Below, one piece after another: positions 60,539 to 64,000 of a stretch of 64,000 nt of DNA; within the stretch, counting starts at the first letter, position 1, and every line of letters begins with the position of its first letter. Source of the DNA: a virus (taxonomy: Duplodnaviria > Caudoviricetes); the IMG/VR virus record IMGVR_UViG_3300035670_012065, positions 1,687-65,686 of that record. One strand, 5' to 3'. The notes under the pieces are model-generated. The model did not search any database, had not been told where the DNA came from, and saw only the letters and a list, made by a program, of their open reading frames with translations. The position numbers and the translations under genes are program-made.

Positions 60539-61507
60539 TTATGGAATAAAACTGAATCCTTGACCACTGATATAAGATGTGCTTGGAGTAACAGTGCTAG
60601 TTGGTGTTGTTGTGGGAGTCACTGTTGGTGTTTCGCTGGGTGTAACCGAACTTGTTGGGGTGTTGGTCGGAGTTGTGGTCGGAGTCTCAGTTGGAGTTTC
60701 AGTTGGAGTAACCGAACTTGTTGGAGTGTTGGTTGGTGTTTCTGTTGGTGTTGTTGTTGGAGTCTCAGTTGGAGTCTCGGTTGGAGTAACCGAACTTGTT
60801 GGAGTGTTGGTTGGTGTTTCGGTTGGTGTTGTTGTTGGAGTCTCAGTTGGAGTTTCAGTTGGAGTAACCGAACTTGTTGGAGTGTTGGTTGGTGTTTCTG
60901 TTGGTGTAGGTGTTACAGTAGGCGTGGTCGATGGTGATAGGCCGGGCGTATTTGTTGGTGTTGTGGTTGGGGTTGTGGTCGGAGTTTCAGTTGGAGTAAC
61001 AGAGTTTGTTGGAGTGTTGGTTGGTGTTGTGGTTGGAGTCTCAGTTGGAGTCTCGGTTGGAGTAACCGAACTTGTTGGAGTGTTGGTTGGTGTTTCGGTC
61101 GGTGTTGTTGTTGGAGTCTCAGTTGGAGTAACTGAACTTGTTGGAGTAACTGTTGGTGTTTCGGTCGGTGTTGTTGTTGGAGTTTCGCTGGGTGTAACCG
61201 AGTTTGTTGGAGTGTTGGTTGGAGTCTCGGCTGGAGTCTCAGTTGGAGTAACCGAGTTCGTTGGGGTGTTGGTTGGAGTTTCTGTTGGAGTAACCGAATT
61301 TGTTGGAGTGTTGGTTGGAGTTATTGTTGGAGTTGCTGTTATCGTTTTAGAAGGTGTTACTGTTGGTGTTAAGCTATTTGTTGGACTTATACTTGGTGTT
61401 ATACTATTTGTTGGGGTGGTTGTGTTTGTGGGAGTAATTGATGATGTTGGTGTTGGAGATGGTATTACTGGACAACACTTGATATGAATTGCTCCTGCAA
61501 AACTCAT
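60539..61507 (-). CDS. Mucin-like Thr/Pro-rich repeat protein
   Basis: About 300 of 322 aa are (TPT[E/N/T])n and TPTSSV units, with short non-repetitive ends. Confidence 0.75.
   Translation of the reverse strand: MSFAGAIHIKCCPVIPSPTPTSSITPTNTTTPTNSITPSISPTNSLTPTVTPSKTITATPTITPTNTPTNSVTPTETPTNTPTNSVTPTETPAETPTNTPTNSVTPSETPTTTPTETPTVTPTSSVTPTETPTTTPTETPTNTPTSSVTPTETPTETPTTTPTNTPTNSVTPTETPTTTPTTTPTNTPGLSPSTTPTVTPTPTETPTNTPTSSVTPTETPTETPTTTPTETPTNTPTSSVTPTETPTETPTTTPTETPTNTPTSSVTPTETPTETPTTTPTNTPTSSVTPSETPTVTPTTTPTSTVTPSTSYISGQGFSFIP
60580..61460. repeat. Imperfect tandem repeats (12-nt subunits; 78-nt higher-order unit)
   Basis: GTAACCGAACTTGTTGG recurs at 60642, 60708, 60786 and 60864 (spacings 66, 78, 78). 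Confidence 0.85.
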
Positions 61508-61518
61508 AGCTTATACCC

Positions 61519-63006
61519 TTAAATATTATTTGAAGTTGATGGAGTAGGAGTAGGAGTAGGAGTCAAACTAGAAGTTGGAGTAACACTCACATCTGGTCCC
61601 TCGGTAAAAATCACAATTTTATCGTTTAATTTACCATCTAATACGAAACCCTTATGTAATATTTTAATGTTTTCATTATTATAAACAATAGGATTATATA
61701 ACAATTGTCCTAACATAACATTTCCACAAAGACTTTTGCTAGGAGACGGAGTAACCGTTCTTGTAGGAGTTAGTGTTGGAGTAACACTAGGAGAAACACT
61801 AATACTAGGAGTAACTGTTGGAGTTCTAGTGGGAGTTCTTGTTGGTGTTCTTGTTGGTGTTCTTGTTGGAGTAACTGTGCGCGTAATCGAAGGAGTTATT
61901 GTTGGCGTAACCGAAGGAGTAACTGTTGGTGTTACTGTGCTGGTTGGAGTTGTTGTTAATGTTGGAGTAATAGTGTTAGTTGGTGTTGTTGTATTAGTTG
62001 GTGTTAATGTTGGTGTCGGGGTATTAGTTCGTGTAACACTAGGAGTTGGAGTTGGACTCAAACAACTACCAAGATTATCTGGAGTATCATTAGCTATACC
62101 TTCAGAATTAGAACTAACAAAGTTAGGAGTAGAGTCACTATTAGTAGCATAAAGATAGTATCCGCCAGTTCCATTTTTTGTTGGATCATAATAAGCAGCT
62201 TTTATCCATTCGTTTCTATTAGGAATCCAATAATTATTTTTATTAGAAGCATTAGGAATTACTGTTGGATTAGTAAAATTTAAAGAGTATATTCCAGTCT
62301 CTGTTGAATTAGAAGTTAATGTTCCCGGACTAGGTTTATTATTACTTAACCAATTAATATATCTAGCAGCACCATACCAATTTACAAAATTAACCGGTTT
62401 ATTACCCATATTATCTTTGGAGACATAAGAGTGGTTAGGACTTTCTTCTATTTGTAGAATACCTCCTCTAACATCGTTCATATTACTATTGTATGGCCAT
62501 ATAGCATCAGCTATTCCAGTTTTATCTCTAGCCACACTATTTAAAAAAAGAGCATATTCAGTATTAGTAACTAAATATTTATTTATATGATAATTATAGG
62601 ATACAGAGCCCAAATTATTTCTGGAAGAATCAGCAATATTGCCTGAACCTGAATTTATATCTGTTACAATAACAAAATTATTTGGAATAGGATCCAAGCT
62701 ACTATTACAACATACCCTAAATCCTAAAAACGCACTTTTAGTAATTGGATTTAAAGTAAAGGTTAGAGTATTTAAGTTATCTAATGGGGAATTAAAAGCT
62801 CCGCCATAACAAACAATATTATTTCCTTGTTGGTAATCTATTATTTCCCATACATTACCATTTTGATCAAATGTCCCATAGTAGCTTGGACCACCATTGC
62901 TTCCTACGCTAGTAACATTACCATTCTGACCATTCCAATCAGCACCATTATCATAATTAACACTATTACAATAACCTAATAGCGAATAGTCTGGAGGAGT
63001 ACTCAT
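61519..63006 (-). CDS. Circularly permuted FGE-sulfatase (CLec-fold) domain plus Thr/Pro linker
   Basis: DWNGQNGNVTSVGS..SYYGTFDQNGNVWE...GFRV comes first, then NKYLVTNTEYALFLNSVA, KPVNFVNWYGAARYINWL, TETGIYSL, WIPNRNEWIKAAYYDP, YYLYATNSD, and finally TP repeats. Confidence 0.8.
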   Translation of the reverse strand: MSTPPDYSLLGYCNSVNYDNGADWNGQNGNVTSVGSNGGPSYYGTFDQNGNVWEIIDYQQGNNIVCYGGAFNSPLDNLNTLTFTLNPITKSAFLGFRVCCNSSLDPIPNNFVIVTDINSGSGNIADSSRNNLGSVSYNYHINKYLVTNTEYALFLNSVARDKTGIADAIWPYNSNMNDVRGGILQIEESPNHSYVSKDNMGNKPVNFVNWYGAARYINWLSNNKPSPGTLTSNSTETGIYSLNFTNPTVIPNASNKNNYWIPNRNEWIKAAYYDPTKNGTGGYYLYATNSDSTPNFVSSNSEGIANDTPDNLGSCLSPTPTPSVTRTNTPTPTLTPTNTTTPTNTITPTLTTTPTSTVTPTVTPSVTPTITPSITRTVTPTRTPTRTPTRTPTRTPTVTPSISVSPSVTPTLTPTRTVTPSPSKSLCGNVMLGQLLYNPIVYNNENIKILHKGFVLDGKLNDKIVIFTEGPDVSVTPTSSLTPTPTPTPSTSNNI

Positions 63007-63020
63007 TCATATCCTAACAA

Positions 63021-63269
63021 TTATTTGTTAACTATTTTAGTATATAACACTAAACTTAAAACTCCTCCAGCAACTCCCATAAATATGCCGGATGGACTTA
63101 AGCTTTCATATGTTCCCAATATATATAATATGGCCCCACCCATATAAGATCCAACAACGCCTAATGCTACTGTTTGAAAAAATCCTAGTCTAAGATTTAC
63201 CGGCACTATAGCTTTGGCCAAAGAACCTACTAATAAACCATAAACTATCCATATTAAAAGATTAAACAT
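63021..63269 (-). CDS. GlsB/YeaQ/YmgE (transglycosylase-associated) family membrane protein
   Basis: WIVYGLLVGSLAKAIVP....GFFQTVALGVVGSYMGG...GVAGGVLSL. Confidence 0.8.
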   Translation of the reverse strand: MFNLLIWIVYGLLVGSLAKAIVPVNLRLGFFQTVALGVVGSYMGGAILYILGTYESLSPSGIFMGVAGGVLSLVLYTKIVNK

Positions 63270-63651
63270 TAGTTGCCTCCAGAAGGGTTAAACTTTCTTC
63301 ATCATTAAGATTTTTTCCAACTTCCATGATGGCTTTTTTAAGACTAACTCCGTATTCATTATATTGTTTTTTACTAAGATGTTGTTTTAGTATTTTATTT
63401 AATCTATAGTTATTTAACCAATTATCTTTTATGCAAAGATGCACTATTGTGTGTCTTAGATCTAGTGCTTCGCTAATTTTTTCGTTCTTTTTTCTATTAG
63501 CTCTACATTCTTGAATAACTCTTATTAAACTAAGAATGACACCTATAACTATAATAATAGTGATGGGATCTATACTATGGTTTTCATTTTTTATATTAGC
63601 TTTACTAATAACTTTTTGAGCTATGTTTTCTAATTTTGAATCTATATTCAT
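63262..63651 (-). CDS. Hypothetical protein with one hydrophobic helix
   Basis: IDPITIIIVIGVILSLIRVIQEC. Confidence 0.6.
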   Translation of the reverse strand: MNIDSKLENIAQKVISKANIKNENHSIDPITIIIVIGVILSLIRVIQECRANRKKNEKISEALDLRHTIVHLCIKDNWLNNYRLNKILKQHLSKKQYNEYGVSLKKAIMEVGKNLNDEESLTLLEATNV

Positions 63652-63968
63652 AGTTTATTAACTCTTAAATGACATACACAATTTTGACAAACGCATTCTA
63701 TACAGTTACAAGAAACATTTTGAGCTGAGGTTTTTTTATCAGTTTCACAATATCCACAATCTACCATTTTAATACCATCGCCACTCAAATATTTGCCAGT
63801 TCCCTTGCACACCGGACAATTTTTTCTTGGATATTTTTTAATTGGTTCATTACCAATATTTTTAACTATAGAGCCTGCTAAAATTACGGGAGCTGTAGAA
63901 CTACCATTATATTTTAAAGTAGTAAAAAATAAACCCATAAATAATAGTGGTAATATTAATTTATTCAT
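63648..63968 (-). CDS. Exported/membrane-anchored protein with a CxxCxGxG Zn finger and a Cys-rich tail
   Basis: Hydrophobic N-terminus; CPVCKGTG...GDG....CGYC; CNCIECVCQNCVC. Confidence 0.6.
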   Translation of the reverse strand: MNKLILPLLFMGLFFTTLKYNGSSTAPVILAGSIVKNIGNEPIKKYPRKNCPVCKGTGKYLSGDGIKMVDCGYCETDKKTSAQNVSCNCIECVCQNCVCHLRVNKL

Positions 63969-64000
63969 TTGGTATCCTTATTTCTGGGAAATAACGGTTT

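Noticed and set aside
60560-62152. Plus-strand Val/Gly-rich ORFs (60579-61487, 60560-60937, 61736-62152) and minus-strand 12284-12565
   Set aside because: Antisense shadows of Thr/Pro codon repeats, which lack stops on the opposite strand.
1800-62960. Diversity-generating retroelement acting on the two CLec/FGE domains
   Set aside because: No reverse transcriptase or Avd gene in the window and no near-identical TR/VR pair. The two FGE copies differ at many non-adenine, mostly synonymous positions. A DGR elsewhere in the genome cannot be excluded.
1-64000. Alternative genetic code (stop-codon reassignment)
   Set aside because: Standard-code ORFs tile both arms, and TAA, TAG and TGA all end genes at sensible positions. 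The dnaE interruption also needs a frame change, so simple read-through would not fix it.
1-64000. tRNA or rRNA genes
   Set aside because: Intergenic gaps are too short and no cloverleaf or T-loop motif was seen by eye; tRNAscan was not run.

Overview
AT-rich (~30% GC by eye), gene-dense 64-kb segment of a large tailed dsDNA phage genome, in two convergent blocks that meet 1 nt apart at 29875. The left block (1-29874, + strand) encodes virion/tail-type proteins: paralogous fibre-like proteins (one with an FGE-sulfatase/C-type-lectin-fold domain, one with FN3 domains), three proteins built from about 11 copies of an unrecognised Cys-rich repeat, a Thr/Pro-linker plus Asp-box propeller protein, and giant 1995- and 2650-aa proteins. 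The right block (29876-63968, - strand) encodes replication and nucleotide metabolism (split DnaE, DnaQ-like exonuclease, primase, DnaB, SSB, RecA with intein, NrdA with intein, NrdB, dCMP deaminase, dNMP kinase, MazG-like protein, PhoH), a cluster of mostly degenerate glycosylation genes, free-standing endonucleases and mucin-like Thr/Pro proteins. The best candidate for a new system is the 5' end of dnaE-N. Its conserved PHP motif is broken by an 11-nt gap (Ser TCT, stop TAA, ..., Ser TCA) and flanked by two RNA hairpins, which looks like programmed ribosomal bypassing. Also notable are two circularly permuted FGE domains, a Leu1 class-3 intein in the RecA P-loop and a candidate phage promoter motif TGGTGTAT-N7-TA. 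All family calls come from motif recognition by eye; no searches were run.
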